64,000 bases of DNA from Pedosphaera parvula Ellin514 (GCA_943332515.1 CALQPR010000013.1:21106-85105), one strand, 5' to 3'. Shown: positions 1 through 10,211, numbered from the stretch's first letter. A program made the numbers and translations. The notes: generated from the letters alone by a model not told the origin.

Positions 1-1143
1 CAATCTAACATGGAGGGCCATGCGAAGATCGAGACTTTCGATTACATCGGCGACGACCCGGCCACCGCGCCGCTTTTGCAGCGGATGCGCGGTGCGGACG
101 GCAAACCGCGGGTGTGCGACGGCGCGTGGATTTCCTATTTCACCGGCAGCGGCGAGGCGAATGGCGAGGGCTTCGGCAAACTCACCGCCGGCTACGGCTC
201 GCGGCAGAAGCCAGACAAGGACGGCGGCAAGATCGGCCCCGAGTTCACGTTCGGCCTCACGATGGATGCGGCGCTGGACGAGCCGGTGCTGATCATCAAG
301 ACGGCATGGGGCGGCAAGAGCCTGCACACGGATTTCCGTCCCCCGAGCGCGGGGCCGTATCAGCTCAATGACTATCAAAAGAAGCTCTACTACGGCCCCC
401 CGGGCCACGGTGTTCCGAAGGACATGGAGCAGTGGCTCGCGGAGAAGAAGAAGGACACGGGGCACTCCTACCGGCTGATGGTGGAGCATGTGAAAAAGGT
501 GCTCGCCGACCCGAAGCGCGTGGTGCCCGGCTACGACACGGCGCAGGGCTACGAGCTGGCCGGTTTTGTCTGGCTGCAGGGCTTTAACGACTTGGTGGAC
601 GGCCATGTGTATCCGGCGCACGGCAAGCCCGGCCGCTTCGACCTTTATAGCGAGTGGCTGGCGGACTTTATCCGCGACGTGCGGCGCGATGTCGGCGCGC
701 CAAAGATGCCGTTCGTCATCGGCGTGATGGGCGTGGGCGGCCCCGATGCGGGCGTGGATACGCAGGAGTTTCGCAAGGCGATGGCGGCACCGGCGGCGCT
801 GCCGGAGTTTGCAGGCAACGTCGTCGCCGTGGAGACCGCGCCGTTCTGGTCGGAGGAACTTGAGGCCATAGACAAGAAGCGCGAGAAGGTGAGCCAGATG
901 CGCTACTTTCTTGATTCGAAACACAAGGGCCACGCCAACGCCAACGGCAAAATGACCGAGGCCGAGAAACGCGAACACCTGAAAAAGTTCGAGGCCGAAG
1001 TCATCTCGCCCGCCGACGCCGCGTTGTGGAAACGCGGCGCGTCCAACGCCGGCTATCACTACCTCGGCTGCGCGAAGACCTTCGCGCTCATGGGCAAGGG
1101 TTTCGCGGAAGCCACGCTCCAGATGATGAAGAACCAGCGATGA
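1..1143 (+). CDS. Sialate O-acetylesterase family (SASA/SGNH) esterase, 5' truncated by the window edge
   Basis: Window opens in frame with QSNMEG (GQSN catalytic Ser motif); also IGPE, IKTAWGGKSL, GFVWLQGFND and C-terminal YHYLG. Paralogous to 3129-4175. Confidence 0.85.
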   Translation, partial: QSNMEGHAKIETFDYIGDDPATAPLLQRMRGADGKPRVCDGAWISYFTGSGEANGEGFGKLTAGYGSRQKPDKDGGKIGPEFTFGLTMDAALDEPVLIIKTAWGGKSLHTDFRPPSAGPYQLNDYQKKLYYGPPGHGVPKDMEQWLAEKKKDTGHSYRLMVEHVKKVLADPKRVVPGYDTAQGYELAGFVWLQGFNDLVDGHVYPAHGKPGRFDLYSEWLADFIRDVRRDVGAPKMPFVIGVMGVGGPDAGVDTQEFRKAMAAPAALPEFAGNVVAVETAPFWSEELEAIDKKREKVSQMRYFLDSKHKGHANANGKMTEAEKREHLKKFEAEVISPADAALWKRGASNAGYHYLGCAKTFALMGKGFAEATLQMMKNQR

Positions 1144-1403
1144 ACGAATTCCTCAAACGACACTGGCCACTCGGTTTCGTCATCACTGGCGCTTTCCTCT
1201 TTTTCGCTGGCCTGGCGGGAATGCTTCTGTTCGGCAGCTTGCCGGGGCCCGATGATGCACCCGCAGTTGCGAACCGAAACGCCGCCACGGGCAACCTGAT
1301 TGTTGGTGCGCTGTTGCTCGGCGCGGTCGTGTTCGTGTTCGTGTTTGGTGCCATCGCCGCGATGACGCGTTTCGCCGTGAGGAAGCTGCGTCAGCGGCAT
1401 TGA
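1140..1403 (+). CDS. Small hypothetical membrane protein (87 aa, two hydrophobic segments)
   Basis: ATG at 1140 overlaps the upstream stop (ATGA). MNEFLKRHWPLGFVITGAFLFF...; two TM-like stretches and a basic C-terminus. Confidence 0.6.
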   Translation: MNEFLKRHWPLGFVITGAFLFFAGLAGMLLFGSLPGPDDAPAVANRNAATGNLIVGALLLGAVVFVFVFGAIAAMTRFAVRKLRQRH

Positions 1404-1489
1404 AGTGCATCAGCATCACTGGCCATGACCTCATCTCTCCAACGACTCATTGCCCAGGTGCTGCTTCCCATGTTTGACCGGTAAAATTT

Positions 1490-3121
1490 ATGAAATCATA
1501 TCCAATTCCCTGTCTTGCCGTGCTGCTCCTTGCGGTCGTCTCCGTCTTGCCCGCGCAGTCCGCTGACCGGATCGAGCGTGGCGAGATGGCTGGCTACCTG
1601 TTGGTGCCCAACGAGAAAGTGCCCGAGACGTTCAACGCCGGCTTCTCGATGTATGTCGCGGCCTGGCCGCTGGTGAAGACGTATCCGGGATCGCGTTTTC
1701 AAACCGGCCTGTTCGGCACCTGGATGTTCGCGCAGCAGGACACCAAGCCGGCCTTCAAGATGTATTCCGACGTCGAGGGCGGACTGGGTTGGTGGCGCGA
1801 CACGCGGTTCGCCACGGAGACGCCGAAGTTCATCATGGGCGGGGTGGCTCCGAATTTCAGCGAGTGGGCCAACGGTCCCGGCGCCGGCAAAGGGCGCGAC
1901 TGGAGCAAACCGAACGGCAAATACGGCATCGCGCATCTCAGTCCGTGGGTGCTGTGGCCGCCCGATGGTTTGAATCTGAAGCAAGGCACCAGCGGCGAAC
2001 TGTTCGGCTACGGCTATCTGCCGCTGCCGCTCGCCCAGGCCAAGACCACGACCGCCGGCACGAACGTTCCCACGGGCGATCAATGTTGGACCTTGTTTCT
2101 GAACACGCGGAACTTCAAAGGGCCGGTCGCCTTCTTCACGCCCTACTTCTGGTCGCGCGCGGCGGTGGAAGACCCGCGCTTCAGCGGCCTGCTGCTGGAC
2201 ACGCGGCCCTCAAATCCCAACCGCGCGTTGCAGATGGAGACGCAGCACGTCCCCAGCGTGCAGGCCACGGACGCGAAGGGCGAGACCTACGCCCGTATCG
2301 CCCCCACCCGCTTCCCCAGCGGGCTGAACGGCGACTCGGCCGTCGTGCATCGCATCACTTCCTACAACAAGCGGGCGCTCTGGGATGGGGTGAAGACCTG
2401 GTTTGACGGCGGAGCCAAGGCGAGCGGCGCGATTCATTCCGAGGGAGCCGCTGTGCATGAATTCACCGGCAAGGGTGGAGCCACCTGGAGAATTTACCCG
2501 GACGGCGCCACCAAGGAAAAGAAGATGCCTCTCGCCTGGACTTCCTTCGCCACGCCGATGGCCGCGGACAAAAACACGTTCGGCTATCGCTGGGACACCA
2601 ACTTCGTGAAGCAGACCGAGACGAAGGATGGCGCGCTGGTGACGTTGCCCGAATACTTTCATCTCGTGACGAAGAGCAATAAACAGGAATGGGTTCCCAT
2701 ACGCGCCGACGACGTGCCGGCGGAAACCGGTCTCGCCGCCGCGCGCTTCGAGCGGCCCGCCGGGAAACCATCCGAGCCATACATCACACCTGACGCCGCG
2801 GCGAGTTCCTGGAAGAAGCCCGGCCCGGTCGCCGGCCCGTTTCAGGCGCAGTTGGGCGACGGCAGCGTGGTGACTTACTATTGGTACCGCTTCGCCGATC
2901 AGCCGGCCTTGCTCAACGCCGACCTCACGGATCAGGAGCGCGAAGCGATGCAGGCGCGCGTGGAGAAACTTCACCGCAACTGGACCAAGGATCGCGACTA
3001 CCTCGCCGCACCCAAGATTGGAAAACTGGCTGAGCTGGACCCGGCCGTCGTCGTCACTCCGCCCAAGGGCCTGGAGGCGGGGTATGTCCCCATCGTCACC
3101 CGCCAAGCCGCGAAGAATTAG
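1490..3121 (+). CDS. Secreted hypothetical protein (543 aa, Trp/Gly/Pro-rich)
   Basis: Long ORF with GC3-biased codons and a Sec signal peptide (MKSYPIPCLAVLLLAVVSVLPA); no catalytic motif recognised. Confidence 0.85.
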   Translation: MKSYPIPCLAVLLLAVVSVLPAQSADRIERGEMAGYLLVPNEKVPETFNAGFSMYVAAWPLVKTYPGSRFQTGLFGTWMFAQQDTKPAFKMYSDVEGGLGWWRDTRFATETPKFIMGGVAPNFSEWANGPGAGKGRDWSKPNGKYGIAHLSPWVLWPPDGLNLKQGTSGELFGYGYLPLPLAQAKTTTAGTNVPTGDQCWTLFLNTRNFKGPVAFFTPYFWSRAAVEDPRFSGLLLDTRPSNPNRALQMETQHVPSVQATDAKGETYARIAPTRFPSGLNGDSAVVHRITSYNKRALWDGVKTWFDGGAKASGAIHSEGAAVHEFTGKGGATWRIYPDGATKEKKMPLAWTSFATPMAADKNTFGYRWDTNFVKQTETKDGALVTLPEYFHLVTKSNKQEWVPIRADDVPAETGLAAARFERPAGKPSEPYITPDAAASSWKKPGPVAGPFQAQLGDGSVVTYYWYRFADQPALLNADLTDQEREAMQARVEKLHRNWTKDRDYLAAPKIGKLAELDPAVVVTPPKGLEAGYVPIVTRQAAKN

Positions 3122-3128
3122 AACCACT

Positions 3129-4175
3129 ATGAAATACATCGCTTCATTTTTTCTCATCACCCTTGCCACCATCGTCTCCGCGCAGGAGGTGACGAAGCCG
3201 GTGCGGATCTTCATCCTGGCCGGACAGTCGAACATGGAAGGCAAGGCACCCAATGCGTTGCTCGATTATCAGGCGACGAACGCGAACACCAAGAAGCTCT
3301 TCGCGCATCTGCGCAAGGACGACCAATGGATCGTGCGCGATGACGTGTTCATCAAGTTCCTCGAACGCAAGGGCCCGCTCACCGTTGGCTACGGTTCCCC
3401 TGGTCGCACCGGCCCCGAGCTGGAGTTTGGAACCGTCATGGGTGATCACTTCGAAGAGCCGGTCGTGCTGGTCAAAGCGGCGTGGGGCGGGCATTCGCTC
3501 TTCAAACTCTTCCGGTCGCCCTCGGCTGGATTTTCTGCTGAAGCCGAGCTCGACAAGGAATTGAAGCAGGCGCAGGAACGTGTCGCCAAGAGCAACGAGA
3601 AAAACAAGAAGAACGACCCGTTGCCCACGATGGAGGACATCAAGAAGCCCTACGGTTCGTCCTACCGCAACATGATGGCGGAACTGAAGGACGTGATGGA
3701 CAACTCCGGCACGATGTTCCCCGCCCTGAAAGGCAGAAAGCTGGAGCTGGCCGGCTTCGTGTGGTTCCAGGGCTGGAATGATCAGTACGGCGCGGAGAAC
3801 GAGTATGAGTCAAACATGAAGCACTTCATCGAGGACGTGCGCAAGGATCTCAACGCGCCGAAGCTGCCCTTCGTCATCGCCGCCATGGGCCAGAACGGCT
3901 CGAAGCCGGCCAAGGGCGCGATGCTCATCATCCAGCAGGCGCAGCTCGCGATGAACGATGTGCCGGAGTTCAAGGGCAACGTGAAGGCGTTCCGCACCGA
4001 TGTGCTGGTGGACAAGGCTGCGGAGGAACTCTACCCCACCTGGCAGAAGAATATGGAGCAATGGAAGATCACCGGCGGAGATCACGGCTATCACTATCTA
4101 GGCAGCGCCATCTGGTTCAACCGCATCGGTCACGCGATGGGCGAGGCGATGAAGGAGCTCATTGTGACAAAGTGA
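3129..4175 (+). CDS. Secreted sialate O-acetylesterase family (SASA) protein
   Basis: Start reassigned to MKYIASFF (signal peptide); IFILAGQSNMEG, GPELEFG, VKAAWGGHSL, GFVWFQGWND, DHGYHYLG. Confidence 0.88.
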   Translation: MKYIASFFLITLATIVSAQEVTKPVRIFILAGQSNMEGKAPNALLDYQATNANTKKLFAHLRKDDQWIVRDDVFIKFLERKGPLTVGYGSPGRTGPELEFGTVMGDHFEEPVVLVKAAWGGHSLFKLFRSPSAGFSAEAELDKELKQAQERVAKSNEKNKKNDPLPTMEDIKKPYGSSYRNMMAELKDVMDNSGTMFPALKGRKLELAGFVWFQGWNDQYGAENEYESNMKHFIEDVRKDLNAPKLPFVIAAMGQNGSKPAKGAMLIIQQAQLAMNDVPEFKGNVKAFRTDVLVDKAAEELYPTWQKNMEQWKITGGDHGYHYLGSAIWFNRIGHAMGEAMKELIVTK

Positions 4176-4205
4176 CCGGCTCCCTCGAATAAGCGACCTG
4201 ATACA

Positions 4206-7200
4206 ATGCGAACGCTGCACCTTCTCCTCGCCGCCGTCGTGCTGCCGATCATCGCGTGCGGGCAGATGCCGGTGGACCCGGACCCGAACGGCGTCCTGCT
4301 CAAACCCATTCCCGACAGGCTGGTGGTGCTCACGTTCGATGATGCCCCGGCCAGCCATGCGACGGTGGTGGCGCCGATTCTCAAGGAGCTGGGTTTCGGC
4401 GGTTCCATCTATGTTTGTGACTTCGATTCGTTCAAGACGCGGAAGGATTGGTATCTGACCTATCGCCAGATGAACGCCATGCACGCGGCCGGCTTGGAAA
4501 TCGGCAACCACAGCCTGGGTCACCAGTCGGGCTACGAGGCGATGCTGGCCATGGAGGATCAGGTGCTCGCTCATGGCGGTCCGAGGATGACGACGCTTTG
4601 CTGGCCGATCTACAATGTGAACTGGAATGACTGTCCGAAGCTCGCCGCGCATGGCTACACCTTCGGGCGCGGTGGCCATGAGCGACCGTACCGGCCGACG
4701 GTGGACAATCCATTCGATGTCCCGTCCTTCTCGATGTCGGATGGCATCTCGATGGAAAACTTCACCAAGAAGGTGCAGCAGGCCTGCCAGGGCCGGGTCG
4801 TGGTGCTCACCTTCCACGGAGTGCCGGATCTGGAGCATCCACCCGTCAGCCTGAAGCCGGCGACATTCAGGGCGATGATGCAGTATTTGAAGGATAACAA
4901 TTACCAGTGCATCGCCATGCGCGACATGGCGAAGTATATCGATCCGGTCAAAGCGGCGACGCTTCCGCGTACGGCCAGCGATGCGAAAAGCGCGCCGCCC
5001 TTCGCGAGCCTCAAGGACGAAAAGCCCTTCGTCACGCCGCCGGGAAATGACATTCTCGAATTCCGTTTCCCCGGTCTGCCACCGGCGAATGTTTCTAAGG
5101 CCAGCATCCGGCTTACGGTCCCCAATGCCACGGATGTTACGTCGCTCGCGCCAAGCATCAAGGTGTCCGCCGAGGCCACCGTCGCACCAGCGACCGGCAC
5201 CGTCCGGGATTTTTCCAAACCGCAGACCTACACCGTCACCGCGCGCGATGGCTCGACAAAAAGCTACGTCGTGACGGTGATCAAGACGGCCTTGAGTGAC
5301 GCGAAGGACATGCTGATCTTCACGCTGCCGGGCGTGTTCTCGAACGCGGTGTCCGGAAACCGCATCGCCGTCTCTGTGCCCGCGAACACAGACGTGGCGG
5401 CGCTGGCGCCCACCTTCACGCTGTCGCCTTTGGCCTCGGCCGTTCCTCCGTCCGGGACTTCGCGGGATTTCACCAGACCGCAGAGTTACACGATCACGGC
5501 GCAGGACGGCTCGGCGCGCATTTGCACCGTGACAGTCGTGAAGATCAGCAAGCCGAACGCATTCACCTGGAGCAAGGCAGAGGGCGGCAATTGGAGCGAG
5601 GCCGCGAGATGGTCTGACAATCTCGGATCGAGTTCTGCACCGCAGGCCGCCGGTCAGCCGGATTATGTTTTGGGCTTCAACCAAGGCGGAGCTCGCGCGG
5701 TGACGAATGATTTGAACGCGGGATTTCTGCTGAACCAGCTCGCCCTGGGCGATCGTTCCGGGGGATTGGTCGTGAGCGGCCAGGGCCTGACGTTCACCAG
5801 AGAAGTGGCGAACGACATTCCGCCTGTGATCCATGCGGGCAAATGCCAACGGGTGGACGTCAACGTGCCATTGTCGCTCCAGGATGATCTCACCGTGAAC
5901 ACCTCCCGGGACAAGGACCCCAATTGCTTCATCAGTTTCAACGGAGTGATCTCCGGTCCCCGCGCCCTGACTCTGAACAGCCCGGGCGATCCGAACGTGG
6001 CCGGCATCAACTTCCACGACGTCCACTTCGGCATCCTGCAAATCAACAATGCCAACACCTACAGCGGCGGGACCTTCATCAACGGCGGCAAGATCAACGT
6101 GCGGAAATCCGGCGGCCTGGGGACAGGCACGGTGACGCTGGACAAGTTCGGCACCTTGTCCACCGACGCCAACCTCGCCAACCCGGTGGTGATCAATCAA
6201 GGCACGCTCTTTCATTGCAGCTTGAGCGGTCCCATTACGCTCAATGGAATTGCCGGGTTCATCAGCCATTGCTCGATTGCCGGCGGGATGAGCGGAGCGG
6301 GCGGCTTTACGATGTATGGCGCGAACGGGACCTACCTCAGCATGGTCCCCGGCGGCACCGTGACGCTCCATGGCACGAACACGTATTCCGGACCGACCAC
6401 CATCTTTCCGGCGACGCTGATCGTGAAGAAGGCCGCTGGACTCTACAACGGAGAGGTCGCGAAATGGACGCCGGAAAACATCACGATCCACAAAGCCGCA
6501 ACGCTCCGTCTCAACGTCGGCGGCCCGGGCGAGTTCACTGGCGAACACCTCGGCACGCTGCTGGGAAACCTGACGCGCTCGGTGAGTGACAACGGCTTGA
6601 TGGGCGGTTCGTTTGTATCGCTGGACACCGCCAACGCCACCGAACTTGTCACCGTACCGGCCAGCATCGGGGATGCAAAAGGTCCGGGCGGCGGCGCATT
6701 TCTTTTCAGAAAATGCGGGGCCGGCGCGATGCGGCTTGCAGGCAACAACACCTATGCCGGTCAGACGATTCTGGAGAGCGGAACTTTGATCATTTCTTCT
6801 CTCAACAGCTTCACCGAAGGAATGCGCAAGGACAGCAGCAGTCTGGGAGCGCCGATGGACATCGAAGCCGGCGAGGTCGTCCTTGGCGAGGAGGGCAAGG
6901 ATGGGGATTGCGCCCTGATCTACATCGGACCCGGCGAGACCTCCGACCGCGTGATGAACTTTGCGGGCAGGAAATCCACCGTAAGCTTCGGTCACTCGGG
7001 CACCGGCCTGTTGAAGCTCACCAGCGACATCCTCATCTCCGGCTACGGCCATAACAAAACCATCGCGCTCAAGGGTGAGACCTCCGGCATGGGAGAAATC
7101 GCCGGCGCCATCGCCGATCCCCATGATCGCGCCAGCAAGGCGACGACTGCTCTGATCAAATCTGGCTCCGGCCGGTGGACACTCTCCGGCACGAACACCT

Positions 7201-7436
7201 ACACCGGCCCGACGACGGTGAGCCAGGGCGCCCTGGCTCTTACTCATGCGCGCAGCCTGAGCGCGGGCACCGAGCTCGCCCTCGCCGCCGGCGCAACGCT
7301 GGAGCTCAACTTCAAAGGCCCCATGAAGCTCCGCCAACTCACGCTCGACGGAAAACTTCAACCGCCGGGAGCCTACGACGCAACGAGCGCGCCCCGTTTC
7401 TTCAAAGGCGCTGGTGTCCTGAACGTCCAGCCCTGA
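4206..7436 (+). CDS. Polysaccharide deacetylase (NodB/CE4) fused to two Ig-like (DUF5018-like) repeats and autotransporter-associated beta-strand (PATR) repeats
   Basis: VVLTFDDA and EIGNHSLGH CE4 motifs; two 79-aa repeats; NTYSGGT, NTYSGPT, NTYAGQT and LIKSGSGRWTLSGTNTYTGPTTV PATR repeats; signal peptide. Confidence 0.85.
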   Translation: MRTLHLLLAAVVLPIIACGQMPVDPDPNGVLLKPIPDRLVVLTFDDAPASHATVVAPILKELGFGGSIYVCDFDSFKTRKDWYLTYRQMNAMHAAGLEIGNHSLGHQSGYEAMLAMEDQVLAHGGPRMTTLCWPIYNVNWNDCPKLAAHGYTFGRGGHERPYRPTVDNPFDVPSFSMSDGISMENFTKKVQQACQGRVVVLTFHGVPDLEHPPVSLKPATFRAMMQYLKDNNYQCIAMRDMAKYIDPVKAATLPRTASDAKSAPPFASLKDEKPFVTPPGNDILEFRFPGLPPANVSKASIRLTVPNATDVTSLAPSIKVSAEATVAPATGTVRDFSKPQTYTVTARDGSTKSYVVTVIKTALSDAKDMLIFTLPGVFSNAVSGNRIAVSVPANTDVAALAPTFTLSPLASAVPPSGTSRDFTRPQSYTITAQDGSARICTVTVVKISKPNAFTWSKAEGGNWSEAARWSDNLGSSSAPQAAGQPDYVLGFNQGGARAVTNDLNAGFLLNQLALGDRSGGLVVSGQGLTFTREVANDIPPVIHAGKCQRVDVNVPLSLQDDLTVNTSRDKDPNCFISFNGVISGPRALTLNSPGDPNVAGINFHDVHFGILQINNANTYSGGTFINGGKINVRKSGGLGTGTVTLDKFGTLSTDANLANPVVINQGTLFHCSLSGPITLNGIAGFISHCSIAGGMSGAGGFTMYGANGTYLSMVPGGTVTLHGTNTYSGPTTIFPATLIVKKAAGLYNGEVAKWTPENITIHKAATLRLNVGGPGEFTGEHLGTLLGNLTRSVSDNGLMGGSFVSLDTANATELVTVPASIGDAKGPGGGAFLFRKCGAGAMRLAGNNTYAGQTILESGTLIISSLNSFTEGMRKDSSSLGAPMDIEAGEVVLGEEGKDGDCALIYIGPGETSDRVMNFAGRKSTVSFGHSGTGLLKLTSDILISGYGHNKTIALKGETSGMGEIAGAIADPHDRASKATTALIKSGSGRWTLSGTNTYTGPTTVSQGALALTHARSLSAGTELALAAGATLELNFKGPMKLRQLTLDGKLQPPGAYDATSAPRFFKGAGVLNVQP
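5043..5537 (+). repeat. Two tandem 79-aa Ig-like domain repeats inside the deacetylase gene
   Basis: 5043-5279 (GNDILEF...TDVTSLAP...DFSKPQTYTVTARDGSTKSYVVTV) aligns with 5301-5537 (AKDMLIF...TDVAALAP...DFTRPQSYTITAQDGSARICTVTV). Confidence 0.75.
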
Positions 7437-7528
7437 TGAACTCAGCTTCGTCCAACTGTGTCATTGCACCGCACGCCTTGAAGTTCGTTGCCCTCGCCGC
7501 CGTCAGTAAGAGCAAATTCTAAATCCAT

Positions 7529-8566
7529 ATGAACCTGTTCACTCACCCCGTTCGCGTCGTTCTCCTCTCCTTGCTGACGTTGGCCATGCCGCTTCCGGCC
7601 GCCGAAAGTTTCCTGCACTTCCCCGCCAAGGATGGCTCGGGTCAGGGGAAGAAAATCGTGCTCCTCGCCGGTGACGACGAGTATCGCAGCGAGGAAGGAC
7701 TGCCGATGCTGGGCAAGATTCTCAGCCAGCGGCACGGCTTTGACTGCACCGTGCTGTTCCCGGCCGGGCCTGATGGCGTGATCAAGCCCAGTGACCACAT
7801 GCTGTTGTCCAATCCCGGGGCCCTCGACCAGGCTGACGCGATTGTCATGCTGCTCCGCTTCCGCGGCTGGAAAGCCGATGTGGTGCAAAAATTCGAGGCC
7901 GCCTATCTGCGCGGCGTTCCCATCATCGCCCTGCGCACTTCGACCCACGCCTTCGACATCACTCATTCGGAGAAAGAGAATCCATATAGGAAGTGGAACT
8001 GGAACAACCCAGGCGGCGAGTGGAAGGGCGGCTTCGGCAAGCAGGTGCTCGGTGAAACCTGGGTCAACCACCACGGCGCGCACAAGAGTGAGGGCTGCCG
8101 GGGCGTGATCGAGGAGTCGAACAAGGGTCACGAAATCCTGCGCGGCGTGCTCTACGTATTTGCGGACAGCGATGTTTACACCGCCACCGCGCCGGTCGAT
8201 GCCACTGTGCTGATGCGTGGCCAGGTCACGGATTCGCTCAAGCCCGACAGCAAGGCGGTCGCCGGCAAGAAGAACAATCCGATGCAGCCCATCGTCTGGA
8301 CACGCGAGCGGAAGAACGAAGCGGACAAGGTGAACCGCATCGTCACCACCACGATGGGCGCGGCGACTGATCTGCAGAGCGAAGACCTGCGCCGGTTGCT
8401 CGTGAACAGTGTGTTCTGGGGTCTGAAGATGCCCGTGCCGGCGAAGGCCGATGTCGCCTATGTCGATCCGTATTCGCCGAGCATGTATGGCTTCGGGAGT
8501 GAGCGGAAGAATTTCAAAGTCAGCGAGCTCGACCTTGGCAAGCCGCTGCCGCCGCCCGCGCAGTGA
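7529..8566 (+). CDS. ThuA-like (class I glutamine amidotransferase-like) secreted protein
   Basis: KIVLLAGDDEYRSEEGLPML...HGFDCTVLF, LRTSTHAF and TTTMGAATDL resemble PVC ThuA-domain proteins; signal peptide. Confidence 0.8.
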   Translation: MNLFTHPVRVVLLSLLTLAMPLPAAESFLHFPAKDGSGQGKKIVLLAGDDEYRSEEGLPMLGKILSQRHGFDCTVLFPAGPDGVIKPSDHMLLSNPGALDQADAIVMLLRFRGWKADVVQKFEAAYLRGVPIIALRTSTHAFDITHSEKENPYRKWNWNNPGGEWKGGFGKQVLGETWVNHHGAHKSEGCRGVIEESNKGHEILRGVLYVFADSDVYTATAPVDATVLMRGQVTDSLKPDSKAVAGKKNNPMQPIVWTRERKNEADKVNRIVTTTMGAATDLQSEDLRRLLVNSVFWGLKMPVPAKADVAYVDPYSPSMYGFGSERKNFKVSELDLGKPLPPPAQ

Positions 8567-8585
8567 AAGCCTCTTTCCACCGATC

Positions 8586-10211
8586 ATGAAAATCATCACG
8601 GCTACTCTCTCTCTCCTTGGCATTGCCGCCAGTCTGCTCGCCGCCGACCCGCCGCCGGTCGTCGGCGAGTTCCGCGTGACCATCAAGACCCTCGCCGCGC
8701 GGATGAAATATGACACCGCGGAATTCATCGTCCCGCCCGGCGCGAAGGTGCGGCTCACGCTCGTGAACGACGACGCCATGCCGCACAACCTCGTCCTCAC
8801 GAAGCCGTCCGCCGACAAGGGATTCGCGCTCGCGCAGGCCGCGTGGGCGCTCGGCGCGCAGGGCGTGGCGAAGCACTGGATTCCCGACGACCCGCGCGTG
8901 CTCGTGGCGACGAAGCTGGTGCAACCGAAGTCGCAGGAGGAACTGGTCTTCGAGGCGCCGCACGAGGTGGGTGCGTATCCGTATGTCTGCACGCTGCCCG
9001 GTCACGCGATGGTGATGAACGGCGTGATGCGCGTGGTCTCCGAGGGGACAAAGCTCACGGACGGAAAGTTCCAGCTCTTCACCGGGAAGTGGGAGAAGCT
9101 GCCGGACTTCTCGAAGCTGCCGCCGCTGCGCGAAGGGCCGCTGGAGGAAAACCTCATCCAGTGGAAACTCGACGACTACAAGACCGAGTTCGGCCTGCGC
9201 TTCACCGGCAAGCTCGAGGTGAAGACCGAGGGCGAACATACCTTTCGCATTTCCTCCGACGACGGCTCGCGCCTGAGCATTGATGGCAAAGTCGTGGTCA
9301 ACAACGACGGGCAGCATCCGGCCGACGACGGCAAGACCGGCCGCGTGCGGCTGAAGCCCGGCGTGCATGATTTTCAGCTCGATTATTTTCAGGGCGGAGC
9401 CGGGGCTGAATTGTATGCCTCGTGGTCAGGCCCCGGTTTTTCCGAGACGTGGTTCACCAAACGCCAGCTCGGTGCCATGCCGAGGCAGAACAAAGGCGAC
9501 GGCAGCACAGGCATCCCGCTCATCGTGAAGGACGAGCCGATCATTTACCGGAACTTCATCGCGGGCGTGGGCACGCGCGCCATTGCGGTCGGCTATCCCG
9601 GCAGCGTGAACGCCGCCTTCGATGCGGACCTGTGCAACGTGGCCCTCGTCTGGCGCGGCGCGTTCATGGACGCGAAGCGCCACTGGACGGATCGCGGCGA
9701 TGGTTTTCAGCCGCCGCTCGGCTACGGGCTGGTCAAGCTCGACAAGAACGTGCCGCTGGCTGCGCTGGCAACCGCCGATGCACCGTGGCCGGCGGCGCCA
9801 AAAGATTTGCCCAACGGCGACTGGCCGGAGGGCTATCGCTTCGGCGGCTACACGCTCGACAAGAAGGGCGTGCCGACATTTCGCTACACCTTTCGCGGCG
9901 TGAGTGTGGAGGACCGCATGGAAGGGGCTGCAGCCGACGAGCACGGCGGACACAATCACGCCGGCGTCGCCTTGCAGCGCGTCATCACGCTGCGCAGCAA
10001 GCAGCCGCTGGACGGACTGCATCTCCGCCTCGCCACCGGCCAGCGCCTCGCCGCCGGGAAGGACGGCGTCTTTCCGCTCGATGAAGACATCACGCTCCAC
10101 GCGGCGGGTGGCATCGTTCGGAAATCAGCGGGCGGCCCGGAGCTGCTTGTGCCCGTGTCGTTCAACCAGGGCGAGGCCCGCGTCGCCGTCACCTACCGTT
10201 GGAATCACTGA
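8586..10211 (+). CDS. Azurin/plastocyanin-like copper domain + PA14 domain secreted protein
   Basis: Start MKIITATL. Type-1 Cu ligands MPHNL and YVCTLPGHAMVM; PA14 motif FRISSDDGSRLSIDGKVVVNNDG; C-terminal PVC domain (IYRNFIAG...RFGGYTLD). Confidence 0.82.
   Translation: MKIITATLSLLGIAASLLAADPPPVVGEFRVTIKTLAARMKYDTAEFIVPPGAKVRLTLVNDDAMPHNLVLTKPSADKGFALAQAAWALGAQGVAKHWIPDDPRVLVATKLVQPKSQEELVFEAPHEVGAYPYVCTLPGHAMVMNGVMRVVSEGTKLTDGKFQLFTGKWEKLPDFSKLPPLREGPLEENLIQWKLDDYKTEFGLRFTGKLEVKTEGEHTFRISSDDGSRLSIDGKVVVNNDGQHPADDGKTGRVRLKPGVHDFQLDYFQGGAGAELYASWSGPGFSETWFTKRQLGAMPRQNKGDGSTGIPLIVKDEPIIYRNFIAGVGTRAIAVGYPGSVNAAFDADLCNVALVWRGAFMDAKRHWTDRGDGFQPPLGYGLVKLDKNVPLAALATADAPWPAAPKDLPNGDWPEGYRFGGYTLDKKGVPTFRYTFRGVSVEDRMEGAAADEHGGHNHAGVALQRVITLRSKQPLDGLHLRLATGQRLAAGKDGVFPLDEDITLHAAGGIVRKSAGGPELLVPVSFNQGEARVAVTYRWNH

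Noticed and set aside
1425..1484. 19-aa ORF MTSSLQRLIAQVLLPMFDR, loosely like the N-terminus of the 33290 protein
   Set aside because: Too short for the similarity to be meaningful; no clear RBS.
7436..7522. Short coupled ORF MNSASSNC...KSKF; similar bridging ORFs at 29358-29489, 46878-46940 and 58682-58753
   Set aside because: Could be gene remnants, but ATG overlaps with TGA arise by chance and there is no supporting homology.
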